Origin: Eledone cirrhosa | Taxonomy: Eukaryota | Assembly: GCA_964016885.1 (NCBI GenBank) | Contig: OZ024741.1 | Location: forward strand, 388,492,001-388,556,000 | DNA: 64,000 nucleotides | Reading direction: 5' to 3' | Shown here: positions 1 through 12,341 of the stretch, piece after piece | How positions within the stretch are numbered: position 1 is the stretch's first letter | Layout of the letters: each line of letters begins with the position of its first letter | Translations under genes and position numbers: made by a program | Notes under the pieces: generated by a model | Databases searched by the model: none | What the model was told of the DNA's origin: nothing | Seen by the model: the letters and a program-made list of their open reading frames with translations, nothing else

Positions 1-205
1 AGAGGAGAATGAAAGTGCCACTACAACTGTGCTGTGATCACAACAGGAATGCTGTCCACCCAGGTGATGGGTTTGACATGGAGGAATATAATGGGGTGAT
101 TAATCCTTGAGATCAGGGGGCATGTGAAGCTGCAGAAAAGGGACTGCCGGAATTTGGAGGACGTCTTACTGGAAACGAAAGACAAGTGCTGTCACATCAG
201 GGTTC

Positions 206-322
206 GGGCGCGTGGCTGAGTGGTAAGAGAATTGAATTCGCAATCGAGAAATTGTGAGTTCAATTCCTAGACCGGACGATGCGTTATGTCCTTGAACAAA
301 ACACTTTATTTCATGTTGCTTC
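206..322 (+). mobile_element. tRNA-derived SINE, 5' part (CORE-like body)
   Basis: A-box TGGCTGAGTGG, B-box GAGTTCAATTCC, then GTCCTTGAACAAAACACTTTATTTCATGTTGCT, homologous to the SINEs at 48011 and 49026. Confidence 0.75.
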
Positions 323-514
323 TTCTACCTGGTGTTGGGACCACTAGAGAGTATTATTAATTGGAAAGACCAACGGAAACATTGTTTCCTCGGTCCGATT
401 TGACAAAAGTCGATCAACTGTCGATATATATGTATATATACTTATGTGAACCCCGGGTTCAATCAGGGGTAACCACAGTAAATAAGGTGCTCAATACATT
501 AATAGAGTGTATAC

Positions 515-614
515 AACAAATTTAATATAGAAATGGCTTTTACAGGACTAGAACTGTTTCACTTGAATGAAACAGTTCTAGTTCTGTAGAAGGCATTTCT
601 ATATTAAATTTGTT
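515..614. repeat. Fold-back inverted repeat, 47-bp arms, 6-nt loop
   Basis: AACAAATTTAATATAG...CTGTTTCA / TGAAACAG...CTATATTAAATTTGTT with 3 mismatches. Confidence 0.95.
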
Positions 615-936
615 ATATATATATATATATATTGATGATGATGATTATATATGTGTGTGTGTATGTGAATGTGTGCGATATAAATGTGTCTGTATGTAAC
701 AATTTCATTAAAGGAGCACCAATATTACATCTGAAGTTCTGTGTTCCACTTTATTATTATTTAGTATAAGTTTATTGGCTTCTATAGATAATTGAAAAAT
801 ACAAAACCAATATCAATCTTATAGTTCCAACAATGCATACAACCATGTATTTGCTGGGAAGTTATAAAATGCAATGGAATTATTATTATTAATGCTATAT
901 TTGTCATACTGAATTGTCTTTAAATCTAAAATTAAA

Positions 937-1014
937 TCTATCTACCTACCTACTTACCTCCCTATTTCTCTTTCTCTCTCTCTCCTCTATATTTCTATCT
1001 ATCTACTTAACTAC

Positions 1015-1077
<63 letters not shown>

Positions 1078-1120
1078 TCCCTCTATCTATTTATTTATCA
1101 AACTACCTGTCTATCTATCT
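937..1120. repeat. (TATC)/(TACC)/(TC)n compound microsatellite
   Basis: Seen directly; lies immediately 5' of the Tx1 element. Confidence 0.95.
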
Positions 1121-1452
1121 CAAAGAAGATAGACGTGTTTTTGTTTCGCTCCTGCATTTTGTCGGAATTTATTACGAGAAGCGGTAGGTTTGTTTAAGCT
1201 ACTTGTTATTTGTTGTGTTTAACCCCTCGCCTGGGACTGAAGACGTTGGGTAAAATAAATTTTGCCCCTTTTTGGGGCGAAATTTGATAGTTATAAGTTA
1301 TCGATAAAAAGTCGTTTAGTGACAATGGACGCCATTAACACGATGCATGCCATGCCCCCCAAGAAAGTGATAGAGAGAAGGTAGCAGCAGAACGCTGTAA
1401 GCCTTCCCTCCTCACTCCCGCAAAAGACACCACGGAATCAAAAGAAAAAATT

Positions 1453-3169
1453 GTGGCAATGGGTGAAAACCCCAAAAGTAACAATTACACAAGCGAGAAC
1501 AACAATGACAATAACAACACAATCAACAACAGCAACAATGACAATAACAACACAACCAACAACAGCAATAATGACAACACCAACAAAGGAAAAAAGCAAG
1601 CCAACACGAATAACAACAACAACAACAATGATAACAACACGAAAGAAAACGGACCCACAGCTGCAGTCTCCTTCGCCCAGGCGGTTCGAGAAACGCAGAC
1701 ATACAAGGCACTGGACATCTCGAATGCCAAGAAATTGCTGAAAGAAGCAAGGAATTGTGTAAGTTTCGGGGAAGGTAGGGAATTCACAATTACCTCCCCC
1801 GAAGAAATTAGAAGGGACACAATCCTCAGGACCGTAATTTTTAGGACAGTTTCGAACGCGACTAGGAAACCGGCTCAATTGTCCCAAAGTGAAATTGAGC
1901 TGGTCCTAAGTAGTGCCTGGAAGGATATCGCTTTCATACAGAAAGGGAAACTGTATGGAAGCATATCTGTTTTAATGCAAGATGAATTGGTGGCACGGAA
2001 ATATTTTGTGTCGCCAATTGTATCCAAAGCATACACTTTTTTCCCCACATATTTGGGGAAAAGAACTCAAAAGATAAGAATCTCGGGCATCAGGTCAAAT
2101 GTGAGCATTTGGTGGGTGCTAACGGGATTCTTAGAAGATGAGGACACAATCCTTTCGATAGGCGAATCCACCGGGGGGTATATTCAGCGGCAATAGCCTT
2201 GAAGTTCTGGTCCAAATGAGACGAGAACGGATAGCAAGAATACTGTAGCGTGTGTCCCTGGATGAAGTCGCCTTCATAAACATTTCTGTTGAGGGTAGGC
2301 GGCCTTCATGCTACCACTGTTCAAGAAGTGGTCACCTGAGGGCTTCCTGTCCCCTTTTAAATGCCCTCCCCCCCAAAAAAGACGCTTCTGCCCACCCCAC
2401 ATACAACAACACAACCACCACCACCACCACCACCACAACAACCACAACAACACGAAAAAATAACAACACAAGACACTGTCCCACCCAACCCCTCCCCACC
2501 TAAAACAAATACAAAAGCAATCACAACAAAACCCCAAAATATAGCCCTTCCCAACAACACGGACGAGGACGCCTTATCAACGTCACCCAGTGACGACGAG
2601 GGAGAACCCTTTCAACCGGTAAAAAGAAAGAAAAGAAGGCACCACATCAACAAAAATACAACAAACACACAGCCACCAGCACAAACAGAACAAACATCAC
2701 AAACAAACCCCCCCCCCCGAAAACATAACACATACTACAAAACGCAAACACACACAAGAAAAACAAACAAAAACAAACACAACAAAAACAGTATACATAC
2801 ATCAGCACAAACAACAAAACACTTGTGCAAACAATAGACAAAGACCCTTCGGTGGAAACCAAAGGGAAAATGTTCACCAATGCGGCGACTAAACAGCATT
2901 TAAAAATGATTAGGGTCCCAAGGGACACCTACGCAATGCTCAAACAGAACTTTCCCGAGGACGTGGGGAACCCCTGTACTAGACCTAGCAACCGCGTTCT
3001 CTTGAAATGTTTCCCCACCACCACCCCAAACACCCCTCCCCCACCAAACACCCCACCCCCACCACACACTGATGTCCCCATCACATCCCACACCACCACC
3101 CCACCAAACAACCCCGCCGACATCCCCATAGAAATTGTGCAGCCTGGTCCCCAGGAGAAGGACAGGTAG
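1453..3169 (+). pseudogene. Tx1 ORF1 remnant (Asn-rich N-terminus, zinc knuckle, Pro/Thr-rich tail)
   Basis: ORF pieces 1453-2196, 2252-2503 (CYHCSRSGHLRASC), 2361-2837 and 2825-3169, separated by stops and frameshifts. Confidence 0.8.
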
Positions 3170-3212
3170 GTGTCTTTTCCTTTTTCTCCACTTTAAACTC
3201 TTCACCACCAAC

Positions 3213-6200
3213 ATGGCTGTTATAAGAGTTGTATGTATAAATGTGCGCGGCCTGGAGATGTCCTGGAAGCAGGGCAAACTCTTAAATGACCTCAGGTCAC
3301 ACAGAATGGATGTGATAGCTATTTGCGAGTCCAGGATCAGCAGCGAGCACCAACTGGCCCCCATCTTCGACGACTTTGAGATCTATGCATCTCTCTGTCA
3401 CGGGGGGTGGGGGCGGGGTGGTTTTTGCTGCGAAAACACCTGGACCTCGCAACACGGAGGGTACACTGGTGGTTCTAGACGTCGGCAGTATTGAAGGTGG
3501 AGCCTTCAGGCTGGTGGCAGCGTATGCCCCATCTGGGACACCGCGACCGGACTTCTTCCAGCGCCTAGAGACTTTTCTGGGAACGTCTCGCTCCTTGCTT
3601 TTAGTGGGGGACTGGAATGGTATCCTGGATGCACGTTGGGACTATGTAGGGGAATATCTCGATAGAGGGGGGTGTAACAGCCTCAAACAGTTAATCGGCT
3701 GATTTGATCTGGCCGATAGATATCGACTAGATTTTCCGACTGTGTCACTGTGGACGTGGACTAATCGTAGCAGAACATCTAGGTTGTACCTAGATAGGTT
3801 CCTAGTTAGAAATAAGAATAGGGACATATTAAGCTGTCCACGAATGTTCATGGTTGACTATTCGGATCACGGAGTGGTCAACCTTGATAGAACCCGTAGA
3901 GAAGGACCTGGTTACTGGAAGCTAAACTTGTCCTTACCGACAAACAAAGCTTACAGTAAGCGGATTAGCACTCTAGTTAAGCAGCGGTTGATGGAGACAA
4001 TTGTCAACAGTAGGAGGTGGGGCTCTCTCAAGATAGAAATTAGAATAGAATCGATAGGTTTTAGTCAGGAATTAGCATCAAATAGGAATAGAACTGAAAG
4101 GGAATTGATAGATAGAGTAGAAGAGGCGATTAGGAGTGGCAACGGGGCCGGCGTGCTGGCGTCAAGAACGGCCCTAGACCAGTTCTTTGACGCGAAGCAC
4201 GAGGGCTGGGTTGTCAGGAGTAAAATACGTGCTCTGGGTAATGAGGGAGCCAAAGCTGTTAGCTGGGCCCAAGTGGCAGAGGCAAAAAGTGGAAACAAGT
4301 CCATGATTCGGTCTTTGAAGGACCAGGATGGACGTGTGATCCTTGAACCTGAGCGGATGTGCGCGGCCTTTCAACGGCGCTTTTCACGGTGGGCCGGGTG
4401 AGGCCATGGATTTCAGTCCATACCTCAACGGTCTGCTGCGGCTCTCAGACGGGGAGGCGAAGTTCTGCGAAAGGCCAATTTCAGTCGCTGAAATAGGGGA
4501 AGCGCTGAGCCAATGTGGCAAACGCAAATCTCCCGGTCTCGGTGGTCTACCATACAAACTTTATGTAGCGATGCCAGACTTGTTCTCCAATCTCCTCGAG
4601 GCGGTCTAATACAACTGGCAACAGAACGAGAGAATTCCCAGTTCTGTGACCTAGGGCGTAGTCACGCTGGTGAGGAAGGACGAGAACAAGGGGGATGACG
4701 TAGATAACTTCAGGCCCATAACTCTGCTAAATACAGAGTTAAAGATTTTGGCCAAGGTGTTAGCGAAGAAGTTGGCGTTTGTTGTCGGGAACCTGGTGGG
4801 AGAAGCGCAGACATGCGCAATCCCGTCCAAGTCCATACACGACAACCTCCACCTCATGCGATACATCGCAGAGAGGGTAGGGAACGAACCCGGCTTTGGT
4901 GGGGCCCTGATCAACTTGGATCAATCTAAGGCGTTCGATAGGGTCAACCATCAGTACCTGGCAGCAGGCTTCGGACCCGTTTTCAGGGGCTGGATTGCTG
5001 CAATGCACAGCAGCAAAACCTGCTCGAGGGTCAAGATGAACGGCTACCCCTCGGAGCCATTCCAAAGCGCGCGATCCATCCGACAGGGATGCCCTCTCTC
5101 CTCCCTTCTGTATATGCTGGCTCTCGAGCCACTACTGCAGAAGTTGGAGCTGTTGCAGGGAATCCCCTTGGAACTGGAATTGCAGAAAGCGGTGTCAGCC
5201 TACGCCGATGACGTGACAGTAATGGTGTCGTGCACCTCGGAAATCGGGCAGATCGGCACCTTACTGGAGGAATACGAAAGGTTTACAGGAGCCAAGCTGA
5301 ACCGGGACGAGTCCGTCGGTTTGCAACTCGGAACGTGGAGAGGCAAACCGATACCCTCCAACGGCGTCGTCAGATACTGGACGGAAGGTCCGGTGAAGCT
5401 GCTCGGGGTCTGGTTCGGACCGGACCTCCAGGTTGAGAAAAACGGGCAGGGTGTTTGCACTCGCCCAGAAGTGGGCCGAGTGCAAACTATCCCTGAGAGG
5501 TCGAGCGGAGGTGGCGAACACTTATATAGCGTGCATCATCTACTACTGCTTGACCGTCGTGCCTTGCCCAGCAAAAATGCTCGCCAAAATTGAGCGCGCA
5601 CTCTTCCGATTCCTTTGGAAGTAGCGGGCCCCTTTGGTGAGAAGATCCAACTGCTGTCAACACCCTTCGAACGGAGGGCTGGGGGTGCCGTGGCTGACGA
5701 TGAGTAGACATGCATTAAGGCTACGGCACCTCCAGGTATTCCTCACCAGTCAGCCGGTGTGGGCCTCTTTTGTGAGGCGAGCCTTTCCGAGACTCGTCTC
5801 ACTCACCGAGCTGCAATCCTGGGTCAAGCAAAGACCGAGAAAAATGGGTGACTGACACATTGAATGTGCCCAGGCGCTCACAGCCCTCTGGCAAGCGGAT
5901 CCGGCAATCAGTGGAGACTCAACCTCAACATTCTATAGAGGGTTGGTGCGCAGCAAGTGCGATGACGCTCTCGGAGAGGCTCTGGGCATGGAGGAAGACA
6001 AGCTGGCCAGTCTGTTCGATAGGACGTTTGGCCTGGGACTGATGGACAACTTACAAAAGTCCCTGGCTTGGCAGTGCTACCGAGGAGCTCTACCCGTTGG
6101 GACAAGCTCTACAGACACGGGCGCCCGGGTAGGGACCCCTCGAAGAAGATCTGTCCGAGATGCGTGCGTGACGAGGAAACCGTCACGCACGCATTCGTAC

Positions 6201-6459
6201 ACTGCCCTGGCATTGCTGACCTGTGGGACTATGTGGAACGACTACTATCGCGGGTGGGACCAATCTGGTTGACCACTGAGTACATTGTCACGATCAAACC
6301 GCCTCCCCCCTTCAAAAATGAAGGAGAGGCGGTTTTCCTCTGTGTGATAGCTATGGCGAAAGAGGTTGTATGGTGGACGAGGTTGAAAGGGCTGAGGTCA
6401 GACACTTTTCTCTCCGGCCAACAACTGGTCCTTTTTTTCAAGTACCATTTGAGAAGAAG
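3213..6459 (+). pseudogene. Tx1 ORF2 remnant (APE-RT-zinc motif)
   Basis: CINVRGL, AICES, VGDWN, YLDRFL, YSDH (APE); FRPITLLN, DQSKAFDRV, RQGCPLS, AYADD (RT); CPRC..ETVTHAFVHC; many frameshifts. Confidence 0.92.
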
Positions 6460-6865
6460 TGTAGCAGTGAATAAAATGTATTTTCCTTCTGCGGAGGAAT
6501 GGTGTTACGGAGGTAAGTTGGCTGAAGTGTGAGCCAATCAAAACCTTCGGCGCACTAATTCGACTGTCCAGAACTACGTCACCAGTGTGAGCGGAGGTGA
6601 CCAAGAGAGTCATTAGTCTACACGCACCTCTCTTATCGACAAGACCAGGCTACACTCATCGCTGCTAACAACATCTCCATCTTGCAATGAAGCGGACCAA
6701 ACTACATCCTACACATGTAGATACGACCTGTACCTAATGTATCCTCCGTTCAACATGTACGACTAATAAATAGAGTTACAACATCGATAATGAATTTAGT
6801 CAATGTTCTAAATGCCTTCTGATCTCTATTATGTATATTAAGAATTGACCCTAAAACCCGTTATA
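6460..6865 (+). repeat. Gypsy 5' LTR (406 bp)
   Basis: TGTAGCAG...CCGTTATA; differs from the 3' LTR by one 3-nt indel and one substitution that I could see. Confidence 0.97.
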
Positions 6866-6867
6866 AA

Positions 6868-6885
6868 TGGTGACCCCGACGTGAT
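6868..6885 (+). promoter_or_regulatory. Primer-binding site, tRNA-Trp
   Basis: TGGTGACCCCGACGTGAT, complementary to the 3' 18 nt of eukaryotic tRNA-Trp, 2 nt after the LTR. Confidence 0.92.
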
Positions 6886-7537
6886 ACGATACAACAAATC
6901 ACATTATAAATGGTGACCCGAACGTTTAAGGACATCAACACAGAAGAAACCACATCTTTCCGTTGCAACGAACACATCAACATTTCGCATCCCCCCCCCC
7001 CAAAAAAAGGAAAAACAAAGCCCCTCGCCTTTTCTCGGGGTATGTACGCGATTAGCGTGAGTCCTAATATGTATTTGATATATTGTCTTATTGTTACTAA
7101 ATCTGCACATCACACCTTCACTTTCTAACATCACCGAACACATGCGTTAATACAAAAATCTTATTTTTCCCTCTCAATTTCTGATTGGGCGACGCTATAT
7201 ATAAAAAAAAAAACAAAAAAACTTGGTGCTGATAGCCGGTCAGAGCAAGATGGCCGACTTCCGTCTTCTTCAGCTGTTTTCCCGTCAAAACGACGGAGGC
7301 AACGCCATTTTGAAAAGTACACAAAAAAAAAAAAATAAATAATAGGACAAAGATAAATCATAATTTTTTTTTTTTAAAGCTTGACGTTTTTCCCTCCAAC
7401 ATTGTTTTTGATATATTTTTCTTTTTCTGTCCTTCACTCGGATTATATTTTTTCTTGGCCTGAATTTTCACTTTTGTCTCGGTGACAAGTGCAGAGTTGT
7501 CCTTTCTTTGCCCTTTGCTTTTACATCAGTATACACA

Positions 7538-8649
7538 ATGGGTAGCACTTCATTGCCACCGTTTACCGGTGACGTCACTGTCTGGTTCGCCCAGATAGAA
7601 GCACATTTCACAGCGAATAACATCACCAGTGACCACAGACAGTTAAATCTCCTGTTAAGCGCTTTTCCAGCGTCATTGACGTCGGTCGTCAAAGACTTAA
7701 TTACCGATCCTCGCCCTGGGGCCTCCTATGAGAGCGTGAAGCTCGAAGTGTTGCGGCGGACCACATTGTCCGCAGAAAAAAATTTCAGACGCTCGTCAAT
7801 GACGAACATTTGGGTGATCGGACGCCCACACAACTACTGCGTCGGATGAGAGAGCTGGCGGAAGATGCCCCAGCTGACAGTGCCCTCCTTAGACAGCTTT
7901 TTGTCTCAAGGCTACCCCCCGGAGTTCAGGCGATCTTAGCGCCCATGATGGAGGCTGCTCCTGTCGACCAGCTAGCGGCTTCGGCCGACAGGGTTATGAG
8001 TGTCATCGGACACCCAGCCTCATTTGCCCCCTTCCAGGCACCTCAGCCACCGGCTGCAGTCAATCCGTTCTCTCCTGCCTCCTTCCAGGCACCTCAGCCA
8101 CCGGCTGCGGTCAATCCGTTCTCTCCTGCCTCCTTCCAGGCACCTCAGCCACCGGCTGCGGTCAATCCGTTCTCTCCTGCCTCCTTCCAGGCACCTCAGC
8201 CACCGGCTGCGGTCAATCCGTTCTCTCCTGCCTCCTTCCAGGCACCTCAGCCACCGGCTGCGGTCAATCCGTTCGCTCCTGCCTCCTTCCAGGCACCTCA
8301 GCCACCGGCTGCGGTCAATCCGTTCGCTCCTGTCTCCTTCAATGTATCCCAGCCGCCGACTGCGGTCGCTTCCTTCACTCCAGCGGCTGCCAGTTATACC
8401 GACCAGTCACTTGCAAATGCAGCAATGCTGCAAGCAATAGAGCAGCTAACCAAGGAAGTGAGAAAACTAAGCACTCACAGGGCTCATTCGCCCAGACGCC
8501 GTTTCCAGAGCCGTTCACCCTCGCCACGACGCCGTCACACAAGCAGTTCAGGTTTGTGTTACTACCACAGCCGTTTTGGCGCAGCAGCACGCTCCTGTAA
8601 ACAGCCTTGTACATTTTCAGACCAGGGAAACAGATTTCAGGAGACCTGA
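7538..8649 (+). CDS. gag: Gypsy Gag (frameshift in A7 run at ~7776-7782)
   Basis: [37 protein letters not shown]-terminal [18 protein letters not shown]. Confidence 0.88.
8032..8390 (+). repeat. 51-bp in-frame tandem repeat in gag (6 copies plus 1 degenerate)
   Basis: TTCCAGGCACCTCAGCCACCGGCTGCGGTCAATCCGTTCTCTCCTGCCTCC, encoding [17 protein letters not shown]. Confidence 0.97.
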
Positions 8650-8688
8650 GCACGGTACAGTCTCCTCTGACCCTCCCTAATAACCGTG
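8625..8688 (+). promoter_or_regulatory. -1 ribosomal frameshift signal (slippery site plus H-type pseudoknot)
   Basis: G GGA AAC in the gag frame; stem AGGAGAC(8639-45)/GTCTCCT(8660-66); loop CACGGT(8651-56) pairs with ACCGTG(8683-88); pol lies in the -1 frame. Confidence 0.82.
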
Positions 8689-11600
8689 TGTTTTTCATCA
8701 CAGACACTGAGTCGCAAGCACGTTGTCTGATCGACACCGGCGCGGCTTGTAGCATTTGGCCGCTAAAACTTCTCAAAGAGAAGCCCCAACTCTCAACCGT
8801 CTCTCTGCAAGCAGTAAACCAGTCACCGATCCCCACGTACGGTCAGATTTCTCGTTCTTTGAACCTGGAATTGCGTAGAGATTTCACGTGGATCTTCACT
8901 GTTGCTGATCTGCCTTACCCCATCCTAGGCTCAGATTTCCTGCACCACTATAACTTGATAGTGGATATGCGCAGACGCCGGTTGTTGGATGCCAACACAG
9001 AACTGTCTGTGCCGGGTACCAGATCGACTGTCTCGTCGGTCAGCCCGGTCTTCTTTATCGCTGCTACAGAAGATCCTTACCAATCACTTTTGCATTCCTT
9101 CCCGGAATTAACAAATTTGAATTTTGTGATGAGTGAGCCTACTCACTCCACCAAGCACCACATCGAAACATCCGGCGCTCCTGTGTTTTCGCGCCCTCGC
9201 CGTCTCTCTGCTGAGAAACTGAAGGCCGCAAAGGCTGAATTCAATCACATGCTGCAGCTCGGGATCATTCGCCCATCCTCAAGCCCGTGGGCCGCACCCT
9301 TGCATTTGGTACCAAAGCGTACCGGTGATTGGCGTCCCACTGGGGACTTTCGTCGGTTAAATGCAATGACGGTACCCGACCGCTACCCGATACCACACAT
9401 ACAGGATTTTGCATCTTCGCTGCATGGATGCAACATATTCTCCAAATTGGATTTGGTCAAAGCATACCACCAAATCCCGGTGAACCCGGCAGACATACCT
9501 AAAACTGCAGTAACAACTCCATTTGGAGCGTTTGAATTTTTGACCATGCCTTTCGGTTTGCGAAACGCAGCCAGCACGTTCCAACGATTTATGGATGAAG
9601 TTGTGCGCGATTTAGACTTCGTGTACAACTACATCGACGACATTCTTGTGGCAAGTGCCTCACCTGAGGAACATGTCACTCACCTCCGTCTCCTGTTCGA
9701 GAGATTTCAAAAATACCAAGTGAGAATTAATCCGGCAAAATGTGTTTTCGGTGCTTCCTCACTTGTCTTCTTGGGCCATGTCATCAGCCCAGAAGGAATT
9801 TCGCCACTACCTGATAAAGTGAAAGCGGTACAAGACCTCCAACCACCCACTTCACTTCGTCAACTACGACATTTCCTTGGGCTACTGAACTATTACAGGC
9901 GCTTTATCCCACACTGTGCGGATCTCCTGTCTCCTCTGTCCGACCTGTTACGTAACAGGAAAAAGAACGATTCCATTTCATTGGACACGAATCAGCTAAA
10001 AGCCTTCGACGAAGTGAAGCGGAAGCTTGCGGAGACATCACTGCTTGCACATCCTGTGTCTGGTGCCCAGTTTTCACTGGTTGTTGATGCATCAGGCACA
10101 GCTGTAGGTGCAGTACTGCAACAACATCACCAACAACAGTTACAACCTCTTGCCTACTTTTCTAAACAGCTGAAGCCTGCAGAAACACGGTATAGCACAT
10201 TCGGCCGTGAACTCTTGGCTATGTACCTTGCAGTGAAACACTTTCGGCATTCACTGGAGGGTCGCCGATTTGTTATATACACTGACCACCGTCCGCTTAC
10301 GTTCGCACTGCGTTCTAAGCCGGACAAATATTCACCTCGCGAAACTCGCCACTTGGACTTCGTTTCGCAATTTACCAGCGATATCCGACACATCTCTGGT
10401 GAACAGAATGCGGCGGCAGATGCACTGTCTCGCCTCCCAATTAATTCCCTGTCATCGCCAGCGGAAATCGACCTCCAACGAATGGCCACAGAACAACCAC
10501 CTCTGGATACTTTGGACCTCTCGTCTTCTGAATTTGCAACTGGCAAATTTGCATATCTGCCTGTGCCCACTTCGGACACAGATTATCTGCGACACCTCGA
10601 CAGATGCACCTCGCCCTCTAGTGCCAGTGACTCATCGTCGAGCAGTTTTCGACACCTTGCACGGTCTGGCCCACCCTGGAATATCGACCACGGTGAAGCT
10701 CATTTCGGCTAGATTCTTCTGGCCTAATATGAGGCGTGACATCACTGCCTGGACACGTTCCTGCCTATCCTGCCAAAAGTCAAAGGTGCACAAACACATC
10801 CGCGCACCCCTTGGAACTTTCAGCACTCCAGACGCTCGGTTCAGCCATGTCCATATAGATCTTGTCGGACCATGGCCGGTCAGCCGAGGATTTACATACC
10901 TCCTGACCTGCATAGATCGCTTCACACGTTGGCCTGAAGCCATTCCTTTAAGTGACATTTCGGCGGAATCTGTGGCGCGAGCCCTAGTATCGGGTTGGAT
11001 ATCGCGTTACGGAGTTCCAGCCACTATCACCACTGACCGCGGTGGACAATTTGAGTCACACCTTTTCCGAGAGCTTTCAAGGATCCTGGGAATGCAACGC
11101 ATTCGAACGACCAGCTACCATCCAGCTTCTAACGGAATGATTGAACGCTTCCACCGCCAATTGAAAGCCGCACTGCGCGCTTATCCGGATCAGCAACAGT
11201 GGAGCGAATATGTACCAATTGTCCTCCTGGGCTGTCGTGCAGCCATCAAGGAAGATCTAGGCTACTCCCCCGCCGAGTTGGTTTACGGAGTGCCTATATC
11301 TCTGCCTGGTCAGATGTTAGCTCCATTGGACCTACCAGCAACAGACCCAGCTCTGTATGTGAGCAGACTGCAATCATATTTCAGCAATCTTCCGCCTATG
11401 CACCCTCGCCAACAGACAATCAAATCTTCGGTCCCGAAAGACATTGCTTCATGGACCCACGTCTTTTTACGAAAGGACGCCGGGAGAGCTCCTCTCATGC
11501 CACCTTATACCGGTCCCTATCGCGTGCTTGAGCGCACAGATAAGCTATTCACCCTAGACATTGGGGGTAAAAAAGAGACTGTGTCCATTGACAGGGTAAA

Positions 11601-11781
11601 ACGGGCCTATACAGACACTCTCACACAAGAGCCCCATTTTCCCCCCACATACACCTGGCATCAGCCAAGCCACAATACACATATAACATCGCACACACCT
11701 ACACCTACATATGTCACCACCACACGTAGCGGTCGGCGAGTACATTGGCCCAAGAAGCTTTGCAAGACTCTTTATATATGA
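8625..11781 (+). CDS. pol: Gypsy Pol (protease, RT, RNase H, integrase), one frameshift at ~10577
   Basis: [31 protein letters not shown]; HHCC (HGLAH...CLSC), [26 protein letters not shown]. Confidence 0.95.
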
Positions 11782-11925
11782 ACTAAGGTGAACATTACAC
11801 TATTTCTGACTTTCCTGTAATATGAACATTTCTTTATCAGTGATATATTTTATTGTGTTTACTATTATATAGTACTTTTTCTTTCATTCAACTGCTACCC
11901 TTATTTCTCTGTCGGCTGTAAGCCT

Positions 11926-11938
11926 AAGCAGGGGGTGA
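11926..11938 (+). promoter_or_regulatory. Polypurine tract
   Basis: AAGCAGGGGGTGA directly before the 3' LTR. Confidence 0.8.
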
Positions 11939-12341
11939 TGTAGCAGTGAATAAAATGTATTTTCCTTCTGCGGAGGAATGGTGTTACGGAGGTAAGTTGG
12001 CTGAAGTGTGAGCCAATCAAAACCTTCGGCGCACTAATTCGACTGTCCAGAACTACGTCACCAGTGTGAGCGGAGGTGACCAAGAGAGTCATTAGTCTAC
12101 ACGCACCTCTCTTATCGACAAGACCAGGCTACACTCATCGCTGCTAACAACATCTCCATCTTGCAATGAAGCGGACCAAACTACATCCTACACATGTAGA
12201 TACGACCTGTACCTAATGTATCCGTTCAACATGTACGACTAATAAATAGAGTTACAACATCGATAATGGATTTAGTCAATGTTCTAAATGCCTTCTGATC
12301 TCTATTATGTATATTAAGAATTGACCCTAAAACCCGTTATA
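11939..12341 (+). repeat. Gypsy 3' LTR (403 bp)
   Basis: Direct repeat of 6460-6865. Confidence 0.97.

Larger units (their letters stand above)
6460..12341 (+). mobile_element. Gypsy/Ty3 LTR retrotransposon, structurally complete, recent
   Basis: Paired LTRs, PBS, PPT, gag, PR-RT-RH-IN domain order, TSD GAAG at 6456-6459 and 12342-12345. Confidence 0.97.

Noticed and set aside
1-200. Possible decayed Dong/R4 3' end
   Set aside because: Only a vague LQK-like resemblance; too degraded to support.
206-275. tRNA genes at 206, 48011, 49026, 50660 and 51540
   Set aside because: A/B boxes without a full cloverleaf, continuing into SINE bodies.
6068-6532. Tx1-LTR fusion ORF running into the Gypsy LTR
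   Set aside because: Chance read-through at the insertion junction of an already frameshifted pseudogene.
8032-8390. Regular repeat resembling a CRISPR array
   Set aside because: Head-to-tail 51-bp units with no spacers, in frame within gag, in a eukaryotic context.
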